Shown: piece after piece, positions 1-10,824 of the stretch
Numbering within the stretch: the stretch's first letter is position 1
How the letters are laid out: each line of letters opens with the position of its first letter
Assembly: GCA_964529325.1 (NCBI GenBank)
Contig: CAZGWH010000001.1
Coordinates: forward strand, 66,872 to 130,871
Direction of reading: 5' to 3'
Length of the DNA stretch: 64,000 nt
Source of the DNA: an uncultured bacterium
GTDB taxonomy: Bacteria; Fidelibacterota; Marinisomatia; SCGC-AAA003-L08; GCA-2689995
The notes under the pieces: model-generated
Database searches by the model: none
What the model saw: the letters and a program-made list of their open reading frames with translations, nothing else
Told to the model about the DNA's origin: nothing
Position numbers and translations under genes: made by a program

Positions 1-2595
1 ACTTTTTCCATTTTTGGAAGGTGTATCAAACCCAATTGCTCTATCTGAACCCAAAGGCATATCTTGTCGTGTTATAAATTGATTAATTATCGACTGTTTA
101 AAATATCTTTTTCCTAACCAAGTACCACCATTGAGTAACATCTGAAAAAAATTACCAATATCTTTTGCTGTTGAAAAGATACCTGCATGTGGTGCGACCC
201 CACCTAAAATAAATGCATTTTCATCATGAACTTCACCATGTACTAATCGTTTTCTAAATCGATTATCAATCTCTGTTGGAACTATTCTTCCCAATATTTC
301 TATGGAAGGATTAAATGAAGTATCATCCATATTAAATGGTTTGAAAATATATCTTTCTGCCAAATTTTCAAATGATTTATCCTGTACAATATTGATAATT
401 TCGGCTAACAATATCATTCCTAAATCGCTATATTTCATTTGAGTACCTGGTTCAAATAATAAATCTCTTTTTAATATATCTTGTATAATTTCATCTTTAG
501 AATTGATATTTTCCTTCAAAAAATATTCGATATATGGTTCAAGCCCTGATGAATGAGTAAGTAAATGTCGAAGTGTAACTTTATTTTTTAATGCACCGTT
601 AAATTCAGGAATATATTGCTTTACTGAATGGTCTAAATTTATTTTTTTCTGGGAAACTAATTTCATTACAATTGGAGTTGTAGATAATATTTTTGTAATT
701 GAGGCAATATCATAAATTGACTGAGCATTAACGGGTGGAGATTTATTCTCATAGGTATGAAAACCAAACCCTTGATTTACTAGAATCTTACCTTTTTTAG
801 AAACAAATAGCTGTGCACCTGGAAATATTTTTTCATTAATAAAATTATCAATTATTGAAAATACATCATTAAAATCAATATCTGTTTTTTTCTCAAAACC
901 ATATTTTCGTTGATCTTTATTTATTCCTCCACCTTTTATATAAATATTATTTAAATTTACAGGTAAAATTCCACTTATTGGAATCCTACCCCAAATTGCA
1001 TCTGCCATTGCTTTTAGACTAATACTTCCATATCCATATGCACATAAATAAGTAGGTATATGATTATAATCAGGTAAATATGGGCTACCAAAACTTGTTA
1101 AAATAAATGGAATTTTTTCATCATTCATCCGTTTTAACAATAAATTATGGGTAGAATCAATTGTTGCTTCACCTTTATCCATTCTAATTCGAACTAATGC
1201 ACTTACTAAAATTGGTTTTGGTTTATTTTTTATTTCACTGATAATATCTTCAATTTGAGATAATTTTAATTTTTGGGATACTAAAATCTCATTCACATTA
1301 CCATGTGTACGGTTCACATCTTTAATAAATGTATTCAATTTTGACTTGATACCATCATCTGTTGACACAATTAAATGAGTTAGCTCTTTTATTTTTTCGG
1401 GCTTTAATGGAATTAATCCTTGATTGTCTTTCACAAGTGTAATGGATTCATTTGCAATTTTTTGAGAAATTGATTTATTTTTTGGTAAACCAACGGAATC
1501 TTCAACCTGTTTCCATTCAGGAATTACCGTTTTAAATAGCCCGAACTTTTCTTTTGATTTTAATATTTTAGAAACAGATAAATTTATTCGATGGATAGAT
1601 ATACGACCTTTTTTAACCGCTGTTTCTATAGAACTGATTGTTTTTTCAACATCAACAGGAAGTAATAGAATATCAGCACCAGCTTCAATTGCTAATATTG
1701 CAGATTCACCAGCCCATGCAGATTGTGTTAATCCACCCATTTCCATTCCGTCAGTAATTACTAAACCATTAAAACCCCATTCATTTTTCAATATTCCAGT
1801 CGTGATTCTCCAAGAATGGGAAGCTGGGTTTTTATTTGAATCTAACCCCGGAACTGAAATATGTGCTGTCATTATTGCACCTACTCCAGAATCTACAGCT
1901 GTTTTAAATGGAGATAATTCAACTTTTTCTAATTCATTTCTAGATCCATGAATTGTTGGTAATGAAGAATGACTATCTGTTGCTGTATTTCCATGTCCTG
2001 GATAATGTTTTGCACATGCAATACGACCACCATCTTGAATTCCTTTTATAAATTGTGTGCCAAATTGAGAAACAGTAATCGCATCATCACTGTATGATCT
2101 AAAATTAATTATTGGATTTTGAGAATTATTATTTACATCCATTACTGGTCCAAGAATTATATGTACTCCTAAAGCTGTTGCTTCTGTTGCAGTAACTCTA
2201 CCAGCGTTGTAAGCATTTAACAAATTATCAGATGCTGTGATTGCCATATTTGATGGAAATAAGGTACCACCTGAAAGCCATTGCCCCGTCCCCCTTTCAT
2301 AATCTGCAGAAATCAATAATGGAACTTTTGTTGTCAAACTTTGGAACATTTTGTTATTGTAATAAGTCCCATGAACACTTCCACCAAATGTAATGACACC
2401 ACCTACTCCATCCTCATTAATCCATTTTTTTAATTGACCTTTATACCAACTTTTTGAATTATAAAAATCACCCCTAACTCTAACCATTATCATTTGGGCA
2501 ATTTTTTCACGCAAAGTCAGTGAATCAATTAAATTCTGTTCAATTCCAAATCCAATTGAGAAAATGAAAATTATAAAATATATTTTGTTTTTCAT
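1..2595 (-). CDS. Glycoside hydrolase family 3 (NagZ-like beta-N-acetylhexosaminidase) fused to a serine beta-lactamase/PBP-like domain; C-terminus lies beyond the window start
   Basis: Absent from the ORF track because there is no stop in the window. My minus-strand translation from the ATG at 2595-2593 stays open to position 1 (865 codons). It gives MKNKIYFIIFIFSIGFG (signal-like), the GH3 motifs KHYPGHG and ITDGMEMG, then an SxxK motif (DIASITKIL) and LLTHSSGL typical of the beta-lactamase fold. The start overlaps the alr stop (ATGA). Confidence 0.8.
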   Translation of the reverse strand, partial: MKNKIYFIIFIFSIGFGIEQNLIDSLTLREKIAQMIMVRVRGDFYNSKSWYKGQLKKWINEDGVGGVITFGGSVHGTYYNNKMFQSLTTKVPLLISADYERGTGQWLSGGTLFPSNMAITASDNLLNAYNAGRVTATEATALGVHIILGPVMDVNNNSQNPIINFRSYSDDAITVSQFGTQFIKGIQDGGRIACAKHYPGHGNTATDSHSSLPTIHGSRNELEKVELSPFKTAVDSGVGAIMTAHISVPGLDSNKNPASHSWRITTGILKNEWGFNGLVITDGMEMGGLTQSAWAGESAILAIEAGADILLLPVDVEKTISSIETAVKKGRISIHRINLSVSKILKSKEKFGLFKTVIPEWKQVEDSVGLPKNKSISQKIANESITLVKDNQGLIPLKPEKIKELTHLIVSTDDGIKSKLNTFIKDVNRTHGNVNEILVSQKLKLSQIEDIISEIKNKPKPILVSALVRIRMDKGEATIDSTHNLLLKRMNDEKIPFILTSFGSPYLPDYNHIPTYLCAYGYGSISLKAMADAIWGRIPISGILPVNLNNIYIKGGGINKDQRKYGFEKKTDIDFNDVFSIIDNFINEKIFPGAQLFVSKKGKILVNQGFGFHTYENKSPPVNAQSIYDIASITKILSTTPIVMKLVSQKKINLDHSVKQYIPEFNGALKNKVTLRHLLTHSSGLEPYIEYFLKENINSKDEIIQDILKRDLLFEPGTQMKYSDLGMILLAEIINIVQDKSFENLAERYIFKPFNMDDTSFNPSIEILGRIVPTEIDNRFRKRLVHGEVHDENAFILGGVAPHAGIFSTAKDIGNFFQMLLNGGTWLGKRYFKQSIINQFITRQDMPLGSDRAIGFDTPSKNGKS

Positions 2596-3677
2596 AAATA
2601 AACTCTTTCAACTCTATCTGATAAATTTACTAAAAATTCATAGGATATTTTTTTATACTTTTTTGATAAATCTTCTAGTTTTAATGACTCACTTCCCCAA
2701 AAAGTCGCATAATCACCAACCTTAATATCTAAATTAAACAAACTACAAGCAACCATATCCATAGATATTTTCCCTCTTATTGGTAATAATGTCCCCTTAT
2801 AATCTAAATTACCGTTATTATTTATTATAGTTGGAATTCCATCTGCATAACCACCTTGAAAAATTCCTATTCTCTCAAATGATGTAGTTTTATAATATCG
2901 ATTATAACCTATTGAATTACCTTTTTTTATAAGTTTTATTTTTATTAATGGGACATTAAATTTCATTACCGACTTTAAATTAGAATTAGATTTATTATTT
3001 GGAGAAACTCCATATAAAGATATTCCAGGTCTAACCAAATTAAAATAAGAATTAGGGTGAAATAATATACCTGAAGAATTCGCAATATGTAGATATTTTG
3101 GATTAATCTTTTTATTTAAAAATAATGAAATAATTGATTTAAACTTATCAATTTGAAAATTTGTATAATCAGAGTTTTGTTCATCCGCACTAGATATATG
3201 AGACCACAAACCAATAACATTCACTTTATATTTAAGAATTTCATCAATTAATAATGGAATTTCATTCAGCTCAAAACCCATTCTTCCCATACCTGTATCA
3301 ACTTTAATTTGCACTCTTGGGCTATTTTTTTGGTTTTTCGGGGATATCAAATTCCTTAAATCATCAAAACTATGGATTGTCGGAATTATATTTTTATTAT
3401 TAAAAAATTCAAATTTATTAAAATCAAACTTACCTAAAATAAAAATAGGTTTCTTAATATTTAATGATAAAATAGATTCTGCCTCAAAAGGAGTTGCAAC
3501 ACAAAACCCATCAACAATATTTAATTTATTTAAGAACTTAACAATTTGAATTAATCCATGTCCATACGCATTTGCTTTTACTACGGGAAATAAATGTTTA
3601 TTACCAATTATAGATTTTATATACTTTGTATTTGATGCAAGGTTTTGTAGATCAATTTCTGCAATTGGATTAAACAT
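2592..3677 (-). CDS. alr: Alanine racemase
   Basis: 361 aa. The PLP-lysine motif VVKANAYGHG is near the N-terminus, and length and overall pattern fit Alr. Confidence 0.9.
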   Translation of the reverse strand: MFNPIAEIDLQNLASNTKYIKSIIGNKHLFPVVKANAYGHGLIQIVKFLNKLNIVDGFCVATPFEAESILSLNIKKPIFILGKFDFNKFEFFNNKNIIPTIHSFDDLRNLISPKNQKNSPRVQIKVDTGMGRMGFELNEIPLLIDEILKYKVNVIGLWSHISSADEQNSDYTNFQIDKFKSIISLFLNKKINPKYLHIANSSGILFHPNSYFNLVRPGISLYGVSPNNKSNSNLKSVMKFNVPLIKIKLIKKGNSIGYNRYYKTTSFERIGIFQGGYADGIPTIINNNGNLDYKGTLLPIRGKISMDMVACSLFNLDIKVGDYATFWGSESLKLEDLSKKYKKISYEFLVNLSDRVERVYL

Positions 3678-4674
3678 TTAATTTAGATTTTAATACAATA
3701 TCCTGTAATAATAAAGGGATTTCATATAATTCTGCAGCAATTAATGCCGAACCGTAAGATGCTGATAAATCTGAAAATGCCCAAGTAATCGATTTAAAAT
3801 CAAATTGTAATGCTTTTGCTATTTGCTGTCTGAAAAATTTATTTTTTAATAGCCCTCCGTTACAATGTAAAATTAATTCATCTTCATCATAATCCATAAT
3901 GTCTTTAATTTGAATTACATATTCAGCTATTTCTCTCGTCGCTTCTAGAATTATTCCAAGAGCTAAATCATTTTCAGCTTCAGCTAACTTACAAATATCT
4001 TTTGCTAATGAGGCAGTGTTTGAAACCTTATCATCCGAATTAACTATATTTTTTATTCCATGATCAATATTTTGTTCTTTTGTCGTTTTTGATAAAATAT
4101 TCGCTAATTCAATAGTTTCATGATCTGTAATTTCAGCTGATTGATTTAAAGATAATTGCCATAATAACTGTTCACCAATCCAAAAACCGCTTCCTTTATC
4201 TCTATCATGACCTAATCCTCCTGTTCGAAATGACTTTCCTTGAATATCTCTCGCATAACATATGACACCCGTACCTACTGAAAGCATTATTCCATAATTT
4301 GTTGGACATACAATTTTAAATGCGGACTCTGCATCACTACAAATAATGGTTTTCTTTGTTAAATTTTCACGGTCTAATTCTTTAAATAATAAATCTCTAC
4401 CATCTTCATTACTTGCACCTGCCAATCCTAATCCAATTGCAGAAATATCATCAATTGAAATTTTTCCAAGTAAACATAACTCTTTAATTAATCCTGAAAT
4501 TATTTGAGGTACGGAAGATGGGTTTAATGAAAGGTTCGTACCAATTTGATTGGATTTTGATATAGTATCACCCATATCATTTAGTAATACGCCGTTTGTT
4601 TCAGTTGCCCCACCATCAATACCAATTATATATTGTTCCATATTATTTTCTAAACCTTTTATTTGAAACCCCAA
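3670..4674 (-). CDS. BadF/BadG/BcrA/BcrD-type ATPase, N-acetylglucosamine/MurNAc kinase-like
   Basis: Contains IIGIDGGATETNG, SVGTGVI and GGLGHDRDKGSGFWIG, the ASKHA phosphate/adenosine motifs of GlcNAc-kinase-type proteins. The true start may be the internal MEQY at 4641, which would remove the overlap with the upstream permease. Confidence 0.7.
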   Translation of the reverse strand: MGFQIKGLENNMEQYIIGIDGGATETNGVLLNDMGDTISKSNQIGTNLSLNPSSVPQIISGLIKELCLLGKISIDDISAIGLGLAGASNEDGRDLLFKELDRENLTKKTIICSDAESAFKIVCPTNYGIMLSVGTGVICYARDIQGKSFRTGGLGHDRDKGSGFWIGEQLLWQLSLNQSAEITDHETIELANILSKTTKEQNIDHGIKNIVNSDDKVSNTASLAKDICKLAEAENDLALGIILEATREIAEYVIQIKDIMDYDEDELILHCNGGLLKNKFFRQQIAKALQFDFKSITWAFSDLSASYGSALIAAELYEIPLLLQDIVLKSKLNV

Positions 4675-5389
4675 ATGAAATTAGTAAAAAGAATATTCCA
4701 GAAATAAGTGTAAAAAAACCACCTGTAAAGCTACCTGAATTCTGTATAGCAAGTGAATGGGCACCCAGAACTAAATTTGTAACAGGGATAAGTTTAATAA
4801 TTGAAAATATTTCTTCAGGGAATCTTTCTACAGGTATAAAACAACCCGTACCAAATGCTAAAACAATAAAATAAATACCAGAAAATGTAATTTGAGTAAA
4901 TTTATTATTTGCGAGTAATCCAGATAATATTGCTAAACCTGAAAAAAATATAATTGCTGGAAATGTTTGTATAAGAATTTTAATGAATTGGCTCGTTGTA
5001 ATAAAATCATTATTTAATAAAGATGTTAATAGAAAACTTATAATCCATTGAAAAAGTGCTAATATAATTGACCAATAAAAAAGCCCTAAAATAATTTGTT
5101 TATTAGAAATGGGTGAATTAGAAAAAGCATCAATTTGGTGTTTTTCATTTAATAAACTATTTATACCATCTAAAGAAATAAGATATGCCATTAATGATGA
5201 CATGAAAATCCATATTCCAGGTGATATCCAATACATAAATTTTAAATCATTTATTTTATTAAGTACTGAATAAAAAGGAAACCCAATAACAATATAAATT
5301 GTCAAAGTAAATATTATAGAAAATAAAATTACAGGTAAAATAGATGGTTTAATTCTTAACCATTCTCTTTTAATTATTATTCCTATCAT
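4643..5389 (-). CDS. ABC-2 type transporter permease
   Basis: 248 aa with about six hydrophobic segments. It is translationally coupled to the upstream ABC ATPase through a 1-nt overlap at 5389. Confidence 0.6.
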   Translation of the reverse strand: MIGIIIKREWLRIKPSILPVILFSIIFTLTIYIVIGFPFYSVLNKINDLKFMYWISPGIWIFMSSLMAYLISLDGINSLLNEKHQIDAFSNSPISNKQIILGLFYWSIILALFQWIISFLLTSLLNNDFITTSQFIKILIQTFPAIIFFSGLAILSGLLANNKFTQITFSGIYFIVLAFGTGCFIPVERFPEEIFSIIKLIPVTNLVLGAHSLAIQNSGSFTGGFFTLISGIFFLLISFGVSNKRFRK

Positions 5390-6315
5390 TATTCTAAACC
5401 GCCTTCAGTTAAACCTAAAAATAAATCACTTAATGTACAGCCTGATGAATCAAATTCTTCAATTTCTTGATTTAATGCAATTCTTAACACATTAAAAAAG
5501 TGGCGCTTTTCTCTTGAATAAAATTCAAAATCTTTACCCCTCAAACTTGGACGAACAACTTTTGGGTTTTCTTTTATTTTTTCAATTAATTTAGATGATG
5601 GGTCATCTTTAAATGTAATTTTATAACGGTTTAATCCATGAGTCGTTTCTATTAATTTATCAATTGTACCATCCATTTTAATATTCCCTTTATAGAGAAT
5701 AGCAATACGGTCAGCATACCGTTCACCTTCTTGTAAATTTTGCGTTGTGAAAATAATTGTCTTTTTATCTTTTAAATTTTCTAATATTTCCCAAATTTTC
5801 AATCGTCTTTTTAAATCTAAACCCGTTGTTGGTTCATCTAATAAAATAACCGCAGGATTATGAACAATTGCTCGAATAAAACATGCTATTCTTAAATGAC
5901 CATAACTTAATTCTTCTGGAAATTTATTAAGATATTGAACAAAATCTAAATCTTCAGCCAAACTATGAATTCTAGGTTTTATTCTTTTTAAATCCATGCC
6001 TTGTAATTGAGCATATAAAGCAATATTATTATAAATATCAATCTCATAATCTAAATTAATTAATTGAGGCATATAACCAGTTAAGGCTCTTGTTTCTTCT
6101 CCACGAGTTTTTATATTAACACCATGGATATATGCAGAACCGGCATCAGTTTCAATTAAACCAACTAATAATTTCAATAAAGTAGATTTACCTGCACCAT
6201 TTTTCCCTACAATTACAAATCGAGTTCCTTTTTCTACTCCAAATGATAAATCTGCTAATACCGTTTTACCTGCAAATTTCTTTGCTATAGATTTCAATGT
6301 TATTGAAGCTTCCAT
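5389..6315 (-). CDS. ABC transporter ATP-binding protein (ABC-2 exporter type)
   Basis: Walker A GKNGAGKST, a signature-like LSYGHLR and Walker B ILLDEPTTGLD. Confidence 0.85.
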   Translation of the reverse strand: MEASITLKSIAKKFAGKTVLADLSFGVEKGTRFVIVGKNGAGKSTLLKLLVGLIETDAGSAYIHGVNIKTRGEETRALTGYMPQLINLDYEIDIYNNIALYAQLQGMDLKRIKPRIHSLAEDLDFVQYLNKFPEELSYGHLRIACFIRAIVHNPAVILLDEPTTGLDLKRRLKIWEILENLKDKKTIIFTTQNLQEGERYADRIAILYKGNIKMDGTIDKLIETTHGLNRYKITFKDDPSSKLIEKIKENPKVVRPSLRGKDFEFYSREKRHFFNVLRIALNQEIEEFDSSGCTLSDLFLGLTEGGLE

Positions 6316-6333
6316 TTATTCCTATTTTTATTT

Positions 6334-9045
6334 TTAATGTGCATTAAACCAATGCTTTCCAATTCCAACATCAACTTTTAATGGAACTTTTAATTTCATT
6401 GCATTTTCCATTTCAAATACCACAATTTCTTGAAGTTGATTTAATTCATTTTCAGGTAATTCAAATATTAATTCATCATGAACCTGTAATATCATTTTAG
6501 ATTTCAATTTTTCAGATTTTAATTTTGAGTAAATATTTATCATTGCCAATTTAATTAATTCAGATGCAGAACCTTGTATTGGCATATTAATGATTGCTCT
6601 AGATTCTGCTTGAGCTTGCTGTCTATTCCCTGTATTTAAGAATCGTGTTTTCCGCTTTCGACCATGAATGGTAGAAACAAACCCATTTTCTTTTGCACTC
6701 GCAATTGTAGAATCGATATAATTTCGAATACCTGGGTATGTATTAAAATAATTATCAATTAAATCTCGTGCTTTTGGCATAGAAATACCTAATTCTTGAG
6801 ACATTCGAAATGGTCCAGCACCATACATAATTCCAAAATTGACAACCTTTGCGGTTCTTCGTTGATCCTCAGTAATTTGATTAACATTTGTATTAAAAAC
6901 TAACGAAGCTGTTCTTGCATGAATATCATCACCATTATTAAAAGCGTCGATTAAAACCTTTTCTTCAGATAAATGAGCCATTATTCGTAGTTCAATTTGA
7001 GAATAATCAGCTGACAATAGTTTCCACCCTTTATTTTCAGGTTTAATTGCTTTTCTAACTTCTCTGCCTAATTCAGTTCTTATCGGAATGTTTTGAAAAT
7101 TAGGTTTTGTGGAAGATAAACGCCCTGTTCCAGCAATCGTCTGATTCCAACTTGTATGAATTCGATTTGTTTTATCATTAACATATTCAGGTAATGCATC
7201 AACATAAGTTGATTTTAATTTTTTATACTGTCGATATTCTAAAATTTTCTCGGGTAAAGGATGGTAATTTTTTAAAACTTCTAAAACTCTAACATCCGTA
7301 CTTCGTTTTCGAACTGTTTTTAACTCAAGCTCATCAAATAAAATTTCAGATAATTGTTTAGGTGAATTAATATTGAATTCTCGCCCTGCCATATCATAAA
7401 TTTCCGAAATACTATTTTCTAATTTTTTGCCTAATTCATTTGATAATTTTTTTAAAAACTTACAATCAACAAATACACCTTCATGCTCCATTTCCACTAA
7501 CACAGGAATTAATGGATTATCAATTTTATTATAATATTCTAATACTTCGTCGTCTTTTAATATACTTTCAAATTTTTTTGTTAATGTAAAAGTTATATCT
7601 GCATCTTCAGATGCATAAAATGAAGCTTTTTCAATAGAAACTTCATCCATAGTTATCTGACTTTTTCCTTCACCAATTAATTCGGATATTGGCATCATTG
7701 AATATCCTAAATATTGTTGAGCTAAGAAATCAAGATTATATTCATGTATTGCAGTGTTCATTAGATGAGCACCAATCATTGTATCAAAGTAAATTCCATT
7801 TAATTCAAATCCAGCATTATTTAAAACAATGATATCAAATTTAATATTTTGACCACATTTCCGAATCGACTTGTCAGCTAAAATTGGATTTAATACTTCA
7901 ATAACTAATTCAATTTTCAGTAATTGTTTTGATTCTAAACCTTTTACTGGAATATAAAACCCAGTGTTTTCCTTGTCAGATATTGATATTCCAACCAATT
8001 CTGCACTATGTGGATCTATAGATGTCGTTTCTGTATCAATAGCAATTAGTGGTAAATTTTTTATTTCTTTACATAGTAAAATCAATTCATCAATTGATTT
8101 TACTAATCTATAATTTTTATTAACTTTTTTAGTTACTATCTTTTCTTTCTTTTCAATTAATAACAAATCGACTTGTTTTTGCAAAGAAAATAATTCATAT
8201 TGACTAATTAGATTAATTAGCTTTTTGCTATTTGCAGGTCTTCGTATAAAATTATTAATATTAGAATCAATTGGTACATTTGTATCTATTGTTACCAATT
8301 TAAGTGAAGTTTTATAATATTCTCTAGCATTTATTAACCCTGCAGATACTCTTTTATTTTTTACGGATTCTGCATTTTCAAATATTGAATCAATATCTTT
8401 ATATTCAATTAATAGTTTACTTGCTGTTTTATTTCCAACACCCTCTACACCAGGAATATTATCAGAAGTATCACCCATTAATGCTAAAAACTCTGTAATT
8501 TTTTCAGATGGAATCCCCCATTTTTCAATTACTTTTTTTTCATCATAGATTGTTGTTGGCTTAAATCTATTTCCAGGGGAATAAACAAAAGTGCTCTCAT
8601 TCACAAGTTGCATTAAATCTTTATCTCCAGAAACAATATAAGTATCAACATCATGCGAACGAGCATTTTCAGTAATTGTACCAATTATATCATCTGCTTC
8701 ATAACCAGGTAATTTTATCATTGGGAAATTTGCAGCTTCTAAAAAATCTAAAATAGGTTGTATTTGTTCAGCTAATTCTTCAGGCATTTTAGGACGAGTT
8801 GCCTTGTATTCCTTATACATTTTATGGCGAAATGTCGGTTCTTTACAATCTAAAATCACAGCAAAATATTCAGGATTTTCATCCCGAAGTAATTTAAAAA
8901 TAGAATTAAAAAATCCATGAATCGCAGAGGTATGATTACCATTTGATGTAATTAATGGGTTCTTAATCATTGCAAAATGTGCACGATATATCAATGCCAT
9001 TCCATCAATTAAGAATAGTTTTTTCTTTGAATTTTTTTTAATCAA
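6334..9045 (-). CDS. polA: DNA polymerase I
   Basis: 903 aa. It has a 5'-nuclease N-terminus (DGMALIYRAHFA), 3'-5' exonuclease motif I (IAIDTETTS), and polymerase motifs A (LLSADYSQIELRIMAH), B (RRTAKVVNFGIMYG) and C (QVHDELIFE). Confidence 0.97.
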   Translation of the reverse strand: MIKKNSKKKLFLIDGMALIYRAHFAMIKNPLITSNGNHTSAIHGFFNSIFKLLRDENPEYFAVILDCKEPTFRHKMYKEYKATRPKMPEELAEQIQPILDFLEAANFPMIKLPGYEADDIIGTITENARSHDVDTYIVSGDKDLMQLVNESTFVYSPGNRFKPTTIYDEKKVIEKWGIPSEKITEFLALMGDTSDNIPGVEGVGNKTASKLLIEYKDIDSIFENAESVKNKRVSAGLINAREYYKTSLKLVTIDTNVPIDSNINNFIRRPANSKKLINLISQYELFSLQKQVDLLLIEKKEKIVTKKVNKNYRLVKSIDELILLCKEIKNLPLIAIDTETTSIDPHSAELVGISISDKENTGFYIPVKGLESKQLLKIELVIEVLNPILADKSIRKCGQNIKFDIIVLNNAGFELNGIYFDTMIGAHLMNTAIHEYNLDFLAQQYLGYSMMPISELIGEGKSQITMDEVSIEKASFYASEDADITFTLTKKFESILKDDEVLEYYNKIDNPLIPVLVEMEHEGVFVDCKFLKKLSNELGKKLENSISEIYDMAGREFNINSPKQLSEILFDELELKTVRKRSTDVRVLEVLKNYHPLPEKILEYRQYKKLKSTYVDALPEYVNDKTNRIHTSWNQTIAGTGRLSSTKPNFQNIPIRTELGREVRKAIKPENKGWKLLSADYSQIELRIMAHLSEEKVLIDAFNNGDDIHARTASLVFNTNVNQITEDQRRTAKVVNFGIMYGAGPFRMSQELGISMPKARDLIDNYFNTYPGIRNYIDSTIASAKENGFVSTIHGRKRKTRFLNTGNRQQAQAESRAIINMPIQGSASELIKLAMINIYSKLKSEKLKSKMILQVHDELIFELPENELNQLQEIVVFEMENAMKLKVPLKVDVGIGKHWFNAH

Positions 9046-9115
9046 AGATGAAGAAATATTATTTCTTATTGTATTTGAGGTTTAATACTAATGGGTTGTT
9101 AATTAACATTAAATG

Positions 9116-9592
9116 TTAATCTTTTATAATACGGATTAATTTTCCGTTCCTATATAATTTTTTTCTATCCAAGCTACCATTATTATTATATGTATATTGA
9201 ATACCATCTAAATAGCCAAAATTATAATTTCGTTTAAATTTATTTTTACCACTTACAAACCAACCTAACTGTTCGCCATGCATTAAACCATATCGATAAT
9301 TTAATACCATTTTTTTTGTACCATTTTTATACCAATGTTCCTGTTCACCATTTAATGAATTATTTTCATAATTCATTTCGGATAATTTTGGAGGGTCGTC
9401 AGATTGTGGTACAGAATAGAAATCAATTGATTTCACTAATTCCATTTGAAAATAATTCCCTTTGTATGTGAGTTCTCTTTTCTTACCACCATTTGGGTAT
9501 AACTCAATTTCTTTTTCTAAAGAAATATTTGAACATCCACTAAAAATTAAAAGGAAAGATAATAATATTATATATTTTTGATTTATAGTCAC
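9116..9592 (-). CDS. Lipoprotein with MORN-variant (YwqK-like) repeats
   Basis: Signal peptide with a lipobox-like LIFSGC. Repeats of the form YxNGxxK...Y..G...G (YPNGGKKRELTYKGN, WYKNGTKKMVLNYRYGLMHG, YNNNGSLDRKKLYRNGKL). Confidence 0.5.
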   Translation of the reverse strand: MTINQKYIILLSFLLIFSGCSNISLEKEIELYPNGGKKRELTYKGNYFQMELVKSIDFYSVPQSDDPPKLSEMNYENNSLNGEQEHWYKNGTKKMVLNYRYGLMHGEQLGWFVSGKNKFKRNYNFGYLDGIQYTYNNNGSLDRKKLYRNGKLIRIIKD

Positions 9593-9657
9593 TGAATATA
9601 GGTTAATTCTATTAGTTGAAATTTATTCATATATCGTATAATTGACCAACCACTGAA

Positions 9658-10014
9658 TTATTTATTTTTCAACATTGTTTTGAATATTTTAGTTGCTTCA
9701 TTTGGGTTTGAATCAAAATATCCTTTTACTTTTTCTTCAATTTCATGGCTTATTTTTTGGCTTGGATTTTCATCTGTTTGAATTTTAGGAATTATTTTTT
9801 CAACCAATTCATTCACTTTCTCTTGATCATTCATATTAATAATTTCTTTTTCTAAATGACTATCTTTTTCATCATCATTTTCATTAATAATATTAATTTT
9901 CATATTAGATGGTTTTGGAATAACTGAATAAGGATATTTACTTCCAGAAATTAAAGTGACAAATAAACCAATTATTACATTTATAAAAACAAATAATATG
10001 AAAAAATAAATCAT
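9658..10014 (-). CDS. Hypothetical membrane-anchored acidic protein
   Basis: 118 aa with one N-terminal TM helix and a Glu/Asp/Lys-rich tail. No recognisable motif. Called only from ORF length and its co-directional position. Confidence 0.35.
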   Translation of the reverse strand: MIYFFILFVFINVIIGLFVTLISGSKYPYSVIPKPSNMKINIINENDDEKDSHLEKEIINMNDQEKVNELVEKIIPKIQTDENPSQKISHEIEEKVKGYFDSNPNEATKIFKTMLKNK

Positions 10015-10017
10015 CTT

Positions 10018-10656
10018 TTATTTTGTTTTAATTAAAATATTTAATTCAATATTATCTAAAATAAGTTTATCACCTAAATCTTCAAAAAACTGCCCCGAAT
10101 TATATTTGATATTCCATTTAGTCCGGTCAAATTCTAAATTAATGTGGCTATAAAAAAAATCATTTTCCTTATTTACAGAACCATCAAATTCTATATTATG
10201 TGTAATTCCTTTAATTGTCAAATCTCCACTAAAATTATATTTTGTTTCATTTATTTGTTCTGAATTAGTGATATTTAGAATAGAAGTTGGGTATTTGGCC
10301 ACATTGAAAAAATCTTCATTTTTTAAATGATTCGATAATTTATTTTTATATTTTTCATTTTCGATATCAGTATTTAAAATTGAAGTCATATCCACTTCAA
10401 TAAATCCAGATTCAAGTTTATTTCCGTTCAATACTAATTCACCATTTGAAATATCAACAATACCTTCATGACTACTCAATATTTTTTTACCAATCCATTT
10501 TATTGAACTGCTATCCGTATCAACAATAATTGTTTTTAGTTTAGATAATTGTAATTGTTCTTTATTTTGTAATTTTAAATTTTCAGAATCTGATTTTGAA
10601 TTACAATTTAATATAAAAATAGTTATTATTGACAGATAACATATTTTTTTCATCAT
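10018..10656 (-). CDS. YceI-like domain lipoprotein
   Basis: Signal peptide with LNC lipobox. The pattern WIGKK...HEGIVDISNGELVL...GDLTIKGITH is typical of the YceI family. Confidence 0.6.
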   Translation of the reverse strand: MMKKICYLSIITIFILNCNSKSDSENLKLQNKEQLQLSKLKTIIVDTDSSSIKWIGKKILSSHEGIVDISNGELVLNGNKLESGFIEVDMTSILNTDIENEKYKNKLSNHLKNEDFFNVAKYPTSILNITNSEQINETKYNFSGDLTIKGITHNIEFDGSVNKENDFFYSHINLEFDRTKWNIKYNSGQFFEDLGDKLILDNIELNILIKTK

Positions 10657-10824
10657 AATGATTTTTCCTTAATTAAATTAATATAATAAAATTAAGCATA
10701 TTTTAAATTTTCTATGCATATAAAAATAAAGTTTCATTATTAAATGAAATCACATAATTCATAAAATAACTATATGAAATTTTTACTAAATATATAATTA
10801 GACTGTAAAAAGTAATAATATTTA

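Noticed and set aside
4596-4874. 92-aa plus-strand ORF across the kinase/permease junction
   Set aside because: It is antisense to two well-supported minus-strand genes and has no recognisable features.
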